A stretch of DNA of 64,000 nucleotides from Bacteroidota bacterium (GTDB lineage: Bacteria; Bacteroidota; Bacteroidia; 2-12-FULL-35-15). The notes beneath the pieces are model-generated. The model searched no databases, was not told the DNA's origin, and saw only the letters and a program-made list of their open reading frames with translations. The translations under genes were made by a program, and so were the position numbers. The stretch lies in NCBI GenBank assembly GCA_005772895.1, contig SXIH01000067.1:13163-77162 (forward strand). Direction: 5' to 3'. The first letter of the stretch is position 1. Each line of letters starts with the position of its first letter. This document shows, one piece after another, positions 39,091-46,616 of the stretch.

Positions 39091-39286
39091 TTATTATATT
39101 TACTTATACCTACGGTGTATCAGGGTCGCCCCGTTAAGAAAATGTCCAGTGGACATTTTTAGGTAGGAGCCAGCCTGCAGGGAGAGCAAAACCTACGATA
39201 CAAGAAAATCATTATCTTTACTAATACTACGGTGTATCGTAGGTTTTCTTTCAGAAAAACAGGAAATGAAGAAATATCAAATAGAA
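39091..39286 (+). mobile_element. Non-autonomous copy of the transposase downstream-end module, with duplicated start and REP-like insertion
   Basis: 39241-39266 is the exact reverse complement of 39755-39780; 39211-39240 aligns ungapped with 39810-39781; 39093-39121 repeats 39211-39238. Confidence 0.75.
39139..39159. repeat. Palindrome aaaatgtcca-g-tggacatttt
   Basis: Perfect 10-bp arms. Confidence 0.85.
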
Positions 39287-39287
39287 C

Positions 39288-39326
39288 AAAACTGGGTCCG
39301 AGGGTTCGAATCCCTCTTTCTCCGCC
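39288..39326 (+). pseudogene. 3' fragment of a tRNA, Ser-like (variable-arm 3' strand, T-arm, acceptor 3' strand)
   Basis: GAGGG-TTCGAAT-CCCTC T-arm, TTTCTCC acceptor strand, G discriminator; no D-arm or anticodon upstream, so the isotype is inferred. Confidence 0.8.
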
Positions 39327-39385
39327 GTGTCACATCCAAAAATAGCAATTAACAAAACGATCCAAACATTTTTAATTTTCATCAT
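39327..39385 (-). pseudogene. Truncated 5' end of a lipoprotein gene
   Basis: MMKIKNVWIVLLIAIFG-CDT starts 1 bp after the upstream stop and then runs into the antisense tRNA fragment. Confidence 0.55.
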
Positions 39386-39386
39386 C

Positions 39387-39692
39387 TTATTTTACTCCGC
39401 TAGTAGAAATTGTATTTTTATCAGTATCAACTTTTATATTAGTCTTAGCTTTAAAAATTGCTTTGGTAGATTTGTTTCCTTTTTCATCAGCCTTAATTAC
39501 ATTAAATGCAATATCTATAGTCTTCTTATCCTTTTGAAGTGAGGTTACAGTTTGTACTTTACCGCCAATTTTCTCAGCGTACTTTTTTGCTGCATTAAAT
39601 GTATCTTCTAATTCTCCTAAGTCATCAAAATTTGATGCGAAAACAAATGTTTCAGAATTCATAACAGATACAGCTGATCCAACTCCTACACC
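39387..39692 (-). pseudogene. Probable C-terminal fragment of a larger gene (ORF track 39387..39662)
   Basis: Frame stays open upstream of the Met (GSGVGVGSAVSV-MNSE) right up to the tRNA fragment junction. Confidence 0.5.
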
Positions 39693-39729
39693 TGATCCCG
39701 CTGGGATTCGAACCCAGGACCCCTACATT
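39693..39729 (-). pseudogene. 3' half of a tRNA, Lys-like (positions ~37-73)
   Basis: AA-TGTAG-GGGTC-CTGGG-TTCGAAT-CCCAG-CGGGATC-A; anticodon and 5' half absent; isotype recalled from Bacteroidota tRNA-Lys, not verified. Confidence 0.8.
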
Positions 39730-39800
39730 TCTGTTTGTCAATTCCCCTTTCTCCTTTCCTGTTTTTCTGAAAGAAAACCTTCGGTGTACCGTAGGTTTAA

Positions 39801-39808
39801 CAAACATA
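39801..39808 (-). promoter_or_regulatory. Outward-facing Bacteroidota -7 element just after the transposase stop
   Basis: TATGTTTG (TAnnTTTG); variants TATCTTTA and TATATTTA at the aligned position in the two plus-strand copies. Confidence 0.5.
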
Positions 39809-39816
39809 GTAAAAAA

Positions 39817-41127
39817 CTAACACTTTCCTTTAGTAGAACAAGCTTTATTTTTAAACCGCCCATTGCATTGTATGCATTTTGCACATTTATTATTTTTTAC
39901 TCTGTCTTTCACTGCTTTTTTTCTTCTGTTATTTTCATTAAAACCAAGTTTTAAATTAAAATAAACTTCTCTTGGTGTTTTTGGCGCATGTTTGTAATGT
40001 GGTCGTATGTCATTGTAATCGCTCACTGCCCACTCTAAATATTTTATTAGCTCAGGAATAGAATCAAATATTTTTTTTCTCAGATAACGGCCTTTCATAG
40101 TTCTATGAATAGCTTCAACCGGGGAATTAGAAAATGTAATGTCTCTTAATGCCCTTATCTTAGTTACTTTGTGTTTTGTTAATCTAGAAATAAAATTTTC
40201 AATCTCTTTGTTGTGGTTCTCTTTTCCACCATCAGTAACTAAATAGCTATGGTTGTGGTTTGGATGAGTAATTATAATATCAATGGCTTTTTTTAATGCC
40301 ACTTTTACTACTTCAAAAGTTTTGTTTTCCATTACATGCCAACCTAAAATCATTCTCGAAAAATTATCCATCACAAATGCTATGTAAACTTTTTTACCTG
40401 CCACATGAAATTCTGTTAAGTCAACATGTAAATATTCATTTGGAGCATTAGCAACCAAACCTATTCTTTTTCTGTCTTTTTGAAAGGGTTTTTTAGTTAT
40501 GCCAAAAATTCTGGCATATTTATACCAACTGAATAAGCTGGCAATTATTTTTTTCTTTCGTAATGCCAAAGAAGCAATGGAAACAATTGGCCAATGGTCA
40601 AATCCGGGGTCGCTAAGCATCTTTTTTATTTTACCAATTTCTTTTGTTTCCAATTGGTTAGGGTGTCGTTTTACACACAATGCGGTATAGGAATCAAAGC
40701 AACTATAACGGTCTTCAATTATCCATTGTTGAAATTGCGTTTGCGAAATGCCAAGCATTTTCAATGTTTTTTCTCTACCCAAATACTTTTCCATATAGCC
40801 AACAGCATTCAATACTTTTCGTTGAAGCACTTTGTTGTTTTTAGTTTTGCTTAGCACAGGTTTTATCACATTTGATAAAATCACCCAGGCTTTGGCAAAG
40901 CTCAGCATAGTTCTTTTCAGCTGTCGGTATTTGAATTTCACATCAGCCGCTTCAAAAGCTTCATCAAAAAAATAGCGAAATTCATTTCCTAAATAGGAGC
41001 TGTAGTCTGTTTTTCGCCAGGTAGAAATAGTGGTGTAAGGGATTTGTTGCCGGAATTCTCTTGGAAGAAGACCTTCGTTTCCTGTGGCATAAAGGAATAC
41101 CACAGAGCTGTCGTACTTTTGTTTCAT
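39817..41127 (-). CDS. DDE-type integrase/transposase (rve core, IS481/IS3-like)
   Basis: EYLHVDLT, VMDNFSRMILGW, LVTDGGKEN, SNSPVEAIHRTMK and YNDIRPH...TP motifs; N-terminal HTH-like segment; Cys-rich tail. Confidence 0.92.
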   Translation of the reverse strand: MKQKYDSSVVFLYATGNEGLLPREFRQQIPYTTISTWRKTDYSSYLGNEFRYFFDEAFEAADVKFKYRQLKRTMLSFAKAWVILSNVIKPVLSKTKNNKVLQRKVLNAVGYMEKYLGREKTLKMLGISQTQFQQWIIEDRYSCFDSYTALCVKRHPNQLETKEIGKIKKMLSDPGFDHWPIVSIASLALRKKKIIASLFSWYKYARIFGITKKPFQKDRKRIGLVANAPNEYLHVDLTEFHVAGKKVYIAFVMDNFSRMILGWHVMENKTFEVVKVALKKAIDIIITHPNHNHSYLVTDGGKENHNKEIENFISRLTKHKVTKIRALRDITFSNSPVEAIHRTMKGRYLRKKIFDSIPELIKYLEWAVSDYNDIRPHYKHAPKTPREVYFNLKLGFNENNRRKKAVKDRVKNNKCAKCIQCNGRFKNKACSTKGKC

Positions 41128-41200
41128 GGTTTTTAGGGTTTTGGTTTTTAACCTAAATGACTATAAAAGATGGTTCAGATCTACATAAAATAAATTTTAT

Positions 41201-41238
41201 TATAAACATAATTATGTAAACAAAATTGTTTATATTTG
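41201..41238 (+). promoter_or_regulatory. TA operon promoter with overlapping palindromic operator
   Basis: TATATTTG at 41231-41238; palindromes acataattatgt (41206-41217) and taaacaa-aa-ttgttta (41217-41232). Confidence 0.6.
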
Positions 41239-41242
41239 TAAT

Positions 41243-41701
41243 ATGAAATCACTAGAAATGATAAAAGGAGTTCACCCTGGCTTTGTGCTGGAGCGCGAAT
41301 TAAAAAAACGAAACATTCGTAAAGGGCCGTTTGCATTATTGGTAAATGAGTTTCCCCAAACGGTAGTTTCTATTACTAAAGGCAAAAGAAAAATGAATAC
41401 TGTTTTGTCTTTAAAAATAGAAAAGGAGTTAGATATTGAGGAAGGTTATTTTATGATGCTTCAAGTATATTATGATATTGCAGAAGAGAAGAAGAAGTTG
41501 AATCAGAAAAAGCCGAACTTAAAAAAGTTACGTCCGGTTTTGTTTTGGGATACCCGAATGGAAAACATTGATTGGGAAAGACAAAAAATGGCTGTAATTA
41601 AGCGTGTTTATGAAAGAGGAAATGAAATTGAGAAGAATGAAATACTTCGTTTTTATGGAAAAGAGTCAATTAAAGAAGCTTTAAAATCAAATGGAAAATA
41701 A
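41243..41701 (+). CDS. Antitoxin: HigA-like HTH fused to DUF6922-like domain
   Basis: GVHPGFVL...ITKGKRKMN..LSLKIE...LQ; LFWDT..ENIDW...AVIKRVYERG...FYG. Confidence 0.85.
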   Translation: MKSLEMIKGVHPGFVLERELKKRNIRKGPFALLVNEFPQTVVSITKGKRKMNTVLSLKIEKELDIEEGYFMMLQVYYDIAEEKKKLNQKKPNLKKLRPVLFWDTRMENIDWERQKMAVIKRVYERGNEIEKNEILRFYGKESIKEALKSNGK

Positions 41702-42347
41702 ATTGCATTACAATACGGTTACGCCCTTACTGAAGAAAATTTTGCTAGAATTAATGACAGCAGAAATTTTTAACTCTTTTAGATTAGTGGGAGGCACTTC
41801 ACTCAGTTTACAACTAGGACATCGTTTTTCTGTGGATATAGATTTGTTTACAGATGCGGAATATGGCTCAATTGATTTTGATGAAATTGATAATTATTTG
41901 AGAAAAAAATATTTGTATGTAGACACGAATAACTATGATGTTGTAGGGTTTGGAAAATCATACTACGTTGGAAATGATTCAGTAGATTGTGTAAAGCTTG
42001 ATTTGTTTTATGTTGATTCATTTTCGCGTGATATATTATTGGTAGATGAAATAAGACTAGCAACAATTGAAGAAATTATTTCAATGAAAATGGATGTAAT
42101 TTCAAGAGGAGGAAGAAAAAAAGATTTTTGGGATATACACGCTTTGTTGGATACTTATTCTTTTAAACAAATGCTGAGTCTTCATCAAGAAAAACACGAA
42201 TACACACATAATAGGGCAGAGCTTATTGCCAAATTTACAGATTTCAGCGAGTGTGATAATGACTTTGACCCAGTTTGCTTGCTGGATAAAAAATGGGGGC
42301 TAATTAAACTTGATTTACTTGATTTTTCAGCTTCTGTGAAGCACTGA
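41691..42347 (+). CDS. AbiEii/AbiGii-family nucleotidyltransferase toxin (type IV TA)
   Basis: RLVGGTSLSLQLGHRFSVDIDLF and MK..I.RGGRKKDFWD motifs; overlaps the antitoxin gene. Confidence 0.92.
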   Translation: MENKLHYNTVTPLLKKILLELMTAEIFNSFRLVGGTSLSLQLGHRFSVDIDLFTDAEYGSIDFDEIDNYLRKKYLYVDTNNYDVVGFGKSYYVGNDSVDCVKLDLFYVDSFSRDILLVDEIRLATIEEIISMKMDVISRGGRKKDFWDIHALLDTYSFKQMLSLHQEKHEYTHNRAELIAKFTDFSECDNDFDPVCLLDKKWGLIKLDLLDFSASVKH

Positions 42348-42399
42348 GATTGAGTTTTTTTCGTATATTTACCATGCAAAATTTTAATAAAATAACAGA

Positions 42400-43488
42400 A
42401 TGAGTATAACAGCGGGACAGGTTTTAGAAGCCTTAAAAAATGTAGAAGATCCGGATTTGAAGAAAGATTTGGTGACTTTGGGTATGATTAAAGATTTAGT
42501 GGTGGAGGGCAAAAATGTGAATTTCACAGTTGTACTTACTACTCCTGCATGTCCGATGAAAGAAATGATTCATAAGGCTTGCGTAAATGCAGTTTTACAC
42601 TTTGTAGATAAAGAAGCTGTTGTGAAAGTAAACATGACTTCCAATGTTACTTCCGGAAAAGTAAATACTGGCCCTTTATTACCTCAAGTAAAAAATATTA
42701 TTGCTGTAGCATCCGGAAAAGGCGGAGTAGGGAAATCTACTGTTGCTTCTAACTTGGCTGTAGCATTAGCAAAACAAGGAGCAAAGGTTGGATTAGTTGA
42801 TGCAGATATTTACGGACCGTCACAAACTATTATGTTTGATGTAGTTCACGAACGTCCTTTGATTAAATCGATTGACGGAAAAAATAAAATTATTCCCGTT
42901 GAAAGTTACGGAGTAAAATTATTGTCGATTGGATTTTTTGCTGATACATCTCAAGCAATTGTTTGGCGCGGACCAATGGCTGCAAAAGCACTAACACAAA
43001 TGTTTGCAGATGCAGAGTGGGGCGAGTTGGATTATATGATTATTGATTTACCTCCTGGAACGGGTGACATTCATCTATCATTGGTAGGAGCAATTCCATT
43101 GAATGGAGTAGTGATTGTAAGTACGCCACAAAATGTTGCTTTGGCAGATGCACAAAAAGGTGTAGGTATGTTCCAAATGGCTTCTATCAATGTGCCTGTA
43201 TTGGGCATTGTAGAAAATATGGCCTATTTCACTCCAGCTGAACTTCCGAACAATAAATATTATATCTTTGGTAAAGACGGAGCAAAAACACTTGCTGATA
43301 AGTTGGGAGTGCCTTTGTTAGGAGAAATTCCACTGGTGCAGAGTATTTGTGAAGCGGGCGATGCTGGTCGTCCGGCAGTATTACAAGAGAGTACACCACA
43401 AGCATTGGCATTTATGGAAATGGCAAGCAATGTGGCACAGCAAGTCTCGATTGTGAATAGTCAGAGAGAGTTGGTAACGAGTAACTAG
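42400..43488 (+). CDS. mrp: Mrp/NBP35 (ApbC) Fe-S cluster carrier ATPase
   Basis: LTTPACP, ASGKGGVGKST, DADIYGPS, WRGPM and DLPPGTGD motifs. Confidence 0.95.
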   Translation: MSITAGQVLEALKNVEDPDLKKDLVTLGMIKDLVVEGKNVNFTVVLTTPACPMKEMIHKACVNAVLHFVDKEAVVKVNMTSNVTSGKVNTGPLLPQVKNIIAVASGKGGVGKSTVASNLAVALAKQGAKVGLVDADIYGPSQTIMFDVVHERPLIKSIDGKNKIIPVESYGVKLLSIGFFADTSQAIVWRGPMAAKALTQMFADAEWGELDYMIIDLPPGTGDIHLSLVGAIPLNGVVIVSTPQNVALADAQKGVGMFQMASINVPVLGIVENMAYFTPAELPNNKYYIFGKDGAKTLADKLGVPLLGEIPLVQSICEAGDAGRPAVLQESTPQALAFMEMASNVAQQVSIVNSQRELVTSN

Positions 43489-43491
43489 GTG

Positions 43492-43523
43492 GTGATAATG
43501 TGATAAAGTGATAGAGTGATGGG
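43492..43523 (+). repeat. 8-bp tandem repeat (gtgataNN) x4
   Basis: gtgataat gtgataaa gtgataga gtgatggg; inverted counterpart at 43952-43995. Confidence 0.75.
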
Positions 43524-43576
43524 GGAAAAGTTATCTGAAGGAAAATTGTTAATAGAGAAATAGTGTTTTTATAAAC

Positions 43577-43600
43577 GTCACCCTGAGCGTAGTCGAAGGG
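43577..43600 (+). repeat. REP-like element gtcaccctgagcgtagtcgaaggg
   Basis: GTCA-led imperfect palindrome related to the pair at 51826-51889. Confidence 0.65.
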
Positions 43601-43616
43601 CATAATTCGTTGGAGT

Positions 43617-43865
43617 ATGTCAGATTTATCAAAAAAAGTAGAAGATGCATTAGATCAGATTCGTCCGTATTTACAGGCGGATGGTGGTAATGTGTCATTG
43701 GTGGAAATTACAGATGATTTTGTTGTGAAAGTAGAATTACAAGGTGCTTGTAAATCTTGTTCTATGAGCATGATGACCATGAAAGCCGGAATTGAAGAAT
43801 CCATCAAAAGAGCTGTACCTGAAATTAAAAGTGTGGAAGCCGTTAATTTGTCGTTGGCTATATAG
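43617..43865 (+). CDS. NifU/NfuA C-terminal domain protein
   Basis: IRPYLQADGG...LQGACKSC...TMKAGIE. Confidence 0.93.
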   Translation: MSDLSKKVEDALDQIRPYLQADGGNVSLVEITDDFVVKVELQGACKSCSMSMMTMKAGIEESIKRAVPEIKSVEAVNLSLAI

Positions 43866-43873
43866 GTTGCTCG

Positions 43874-43898
43874 CAGACCTGCCTGCGGTAGGCAGGTT
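43874..43898. repeat. REP-like palindrome, family A, inserted in a tcgcagattt microrepeat
   Basis: Identical to 5261-5285. Confidence 0.8.
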
Positions 43899-43934
43899 TC
43901 GCAGATTTTCGCAGAAAAAATATTATTAAAAAGA

Positions 43935-45305
43935 ATGAAACATATTACTACTATATCACCTTATCACTTTATCACCCTATCACTTGCCTTATCACTTTTA
44001 GGATGTACTCCAGAATTGGAAATGCCTGAGCCAAGTGCTGGCGATGCTGATTTTTCAAAGATGATTGCTGTTGGTGGGAATTATTTAGCCGGATATCAGG
44101 ATGGAGCTTTGTATGAAAAAGGTCAACGCTTATCTATTCCCGCTTTATTAGCAGAACAATTTAAATTGGTGGGCGGACCAATGTTTGGGCAAGCGTTAAT
44201 GCCTGATAATAATGGTTTAGGAGTAAATAGTAAAATTTGGGAAAGCTGGTTTGTTACTCCAAGTCATTTAGGAAATAAAACAAACTGTCAGGGAATTACT
44301 TCTTTATCTCCAATAAAAAATACAATTGCTGTTTCATCTGCTACTCCTTATTTAACGGATATGGCAGGAAACAGTGTTCAGAATTTAGCTGTTCCATTTG
44401 CAAATCTTTCTGATTATATGAATCCCTCTTTTGGATACAGTTCTAATCCGGGAAATTTAAACCCTTATTATGCACGTATTGCAAGCAACCCCGGAACATC
44501 CACTTTATATGAAGATGCCCGTCAGCAAAATGCAAGTTTTATTACTGCTTGGCTTGGAATGGAAGACATTTACAATTTTGCGAGCAGAGGTGGAACCGGA
44601 GCGGGAATTCCATCAGCAACAAGTTTTGCAAATTCTTTAGATACCATTCTGGGTGGATTAACGGCTAACGGGGCAAAAGGTGTTATTGCAAATATTCCTG
44701 ATTTTAGAAATTATCCTTATTATACTTTAGTAGCTTGGGACAACGCAGTATTGGTGCGTCAAACACAAGTTGATTCGCTGATGGATATTTATACTACATC
44801 AGGATTGCCGCATTTAATTTTTGCTTTAGGACGAAATGGATTTGTGATAAACGATTCAACTTCAGTTGGTGGTGTTCGTCAGATACATGCAGGTGAATAC
44901 ATCACGCTTTCTGTTCCAATCGATTCGATGAAATGTTATAAATATGGTTTGTTTTTCGAAACCTTGAACGATCGTTATGTATTGGATAGTTCTGAAGTTT
45001 ACGAAATAGATCAGGCAATAAGTTCATACAATGCAGTGATAGCACAAAAAGCAAATCAATATAATTTAGCATTGGTTGATATGCATTCGTATATGAGCAG
45101 TGTGTATTCAGGAATAAAATGGAACGGTGTTGATATGAATATGACTTTTGTAAGTGGGGGATTTTTGAGTTTGGATGGCTATCATCCCAATCAAAAAGGT
45201 TATGCGTTGATTGCAAATGAATTTATTAAGGCAATCAATACAAAATACAATGCTACCATTCCGGAAGTATATTGTACAGAGTGTGATGGGGTGAAGTTTC
45301 CGTAA
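43935..45305 (+). CDS. SGNH/GDSL-hydrolase-like lipoprotein with degenerate catalytic motifs
   Basis: Lipobox LLGC; ADFSK..AVG...AGYQDGAL; NLAVP; KGVIANIP; SLDGYHPN.KGYA.IAN.FI.AIN. Confidence 0.8.
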   Translation: MKHITTISPYHFITLSLALSLLGCTPELEMPEPSAGDADFSKMIAVGGNYLAGYQDGALYEKGQRLSIPALLAEQFKLVGGPMFGQALMPDNNGLGVNSKIWESWFVTPSHLGNKTNCQGITSLSPIKNTIAVSSATPYLTDMAGNSVQNLAVPFANLSDYMNPSFGYSSNPGNLNPYYARIASNPGTSTLYEDARQQNASFITAWLGMEDIYNFASRGGTGAGIPSATSFANSLDTILGGLTANGAKGVIANIPDFRNYPYYTLVAWDNAVLVRQTQVDSLMDIYTTSGLPHLIFALGRNGFVINDSTSVGGVRQIHAGEYITLSVPIDSMKCYKYGLFFETLNDRYVLDSSEVYEIDQAISSYNAVIAQKANQYNLALVDMHSYMSSVYSGIKWNGVDMNMTFVSGGFLSLDGYHPNQKGYALIANEFIKAINTKYNATIPEVYCTECDGVKFP

Positions 45306-45353
45306 GAGGCTTTATCAGGATCTTTCAATGACGCTATAAACAAGCACCAAATA

Positions 45354-46025
45354 ATGAAAAAAATATTTCTCAATCTTTTCTTCATTCCAACACTTGCATT
45401 CTCTCAAGGAACATTTGATGTTGTTTATACTACCACCGATAGTATGGTTTACGATACTCCCGGTGCTTTTATGTCGATTCACACTACAATACATAATTTA
45501 TCCTCTACAGATAGTGTCGAATTAAATATTTCGAAGCAATTTGTAGATATCCCCGCAAGTTGGGAAACTGCTATTTGTACAGATATTTGTTATCCTTCCT
45601 CTGTAAGTTCTGTTAATTTATCTTTAGCTCCATCCGATAGTCAGGAATTTGTTTTTTATTTTTATACTGATTTGGTTGCTGATAGTGGTTATGCAAAAGT
45701 GCTTTATACAAATTTGAATGTTCCAAGTAATACTGTTTTGCATGGTTATCATGGAATTACTCAGACTCCTGCAGGTATTTTTGAGGAGAATAAAGCAGTG
45801 TTTTCTGTCTACCCGAATCCAAGTAAGGATATGATAAATTTGAAAAGCAATATTCAGCTCAAAGAAGAAATTTATTTTATAACTGATGAGTTAGGAAGAA
45901 CTATTCTTTCCGGAAAATTATCAGAAAACCAATCATCAATTTCCATTGAGCAATTACCTCAAGGATTTTATTTTTTAAGTTTTGGAAATGCAAATACAGG
46001 AACTGTTAAAATCATAAAACAATAA
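45354..46025 (+). CDS. T9SS type A sorting domain protein (N-terminal Ig-like domain)
   Basis: Signal peptide; SVYPNPS...ITDELGR...LPQGFYFL...KIIK. Confidence 0.9.
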   Translation: MKKIFLNLFFIPTLAFSQGTFDVVYTTTDSMVYDTPGAFMSIHTTIHNLSSTDSVELNISKQFVDIPASWETAICTDICYPSSVSSVNLSLAPSDSQEFVFYFYTDLVADSGYAKVLYTNLNVPSNTVLHGYHGITQTPAGIFEENKAVFSVYPNPSKDMINLKSNIQLKEEIYFITDELGRTILSGKLSENQSSISIEQLPQGFYFLSFGNANTGTVKIIKQ

Positions 46026-46040
46026 ACCCTCATTGCTAAA

Positions 46041-46616
46041 ATGAAAGCAAAATCATTTTTCCTATACGTCTCACTTTTTCTGCTGTTATGCTCTTTTCAA
46101 ACCACAGAAAATAAAATTCTGGTTTATATCGACAATTATAAAACTGAAGTCACCGATGGAATGTTTGTGAATTGCAGAAAAATAAGTGATATGAGTGTGA
46201 TAATGCCAATTACGGAGCAAATGAAAGGTTACGATATGATTAAGTTGGAATTTCATCGCTTTGGAGATACAACAGATATTATTGCTGCCGATAGAATATT
46301 TGAACCAAAGAGTAAAAGTTTTCTGAAAAAAGAAGGAACAAAAACTTCTATTAAGTTAATGGTATTGGAAAAAGAAGGTCAGTTCACCGGAAGTGATTTA
46401 GAAGCGAACACAAAATATTTCCCGGCAAGTTCTACCACCAACTCTATCTTTTGCAGTAGCCACGATTTAAAACAATGCAGTTTTTATTTAATTGTGAAAG
46501 GCTATAATAAAACAGGAGAAAAAACACAATTCAACGAAGATGTATTCGATAAAGGAGCAGCACTAACCCCTAAAAGTGTTGTTATCAAAAGTTGGATTGA
46601 TAGGACGGTGAAGTAG
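46041..46616 (+). CDS. Secreted hypothetical protein
   Basis: 191-aa ORF with signal peptide; no recognised motif. Confidence 0.65.
   Translation: MKAKSFFLYVSLFLLLCSFQTTENKILVYIDNYKTEVTDGMFVNCRKISDMSVIMPITEQMKGYDMIKLEFHRFGDTTDIIAADRIFEPKSKSFLKKEGTKTSIKLMVLEKEGQFTGSDLEANTKYFPASSTTNSIFCSSHDLKQCSFYLIVKGYNKTGEKTQFNEDVFDKGAALTPKSVVIKSWIDRTVK

Larger units (their letters stand above)
39729..41180 (-). mobile_element. Putative IS-like element carrying the DDE transposase (ends tentative)
   Basis: Bounded by ctacat at 39723-39728 and 41181-41186; only a 4-bp tctg/caga inverted match near the ends. Confidence 0.55.

Noticed and set aside
39260..39326. Intact tRNA-Ser gene
   Set aside because: T-arm and acceptor 3' strand are present, but no D-arm or anticodon arm lies upstream.
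39327..39542. 71-aa plus-strand ORF
   Set aside because: Antisense shadow of the minus-strand fragments, with GTG start and no recognisable motif.
39288..39729. attL/attR pair of a prophage or integrative element
   Set aside because: The fragments come from different tRNAs, face each other, and no integrase or matching full tRNA is in the window. An older att origin outside the window cannot be fully excluded.
39693..39770. Intact tRNA-Lys gene
   Set aside because: The sequence 5' of position ~37 is the element end, not a tRNA 5' half.
39091..42347. Retron, DGR or retroelement with a tRNA primer-binding site
   Set aside because: No reverse transcriptase is recognisable in the window.
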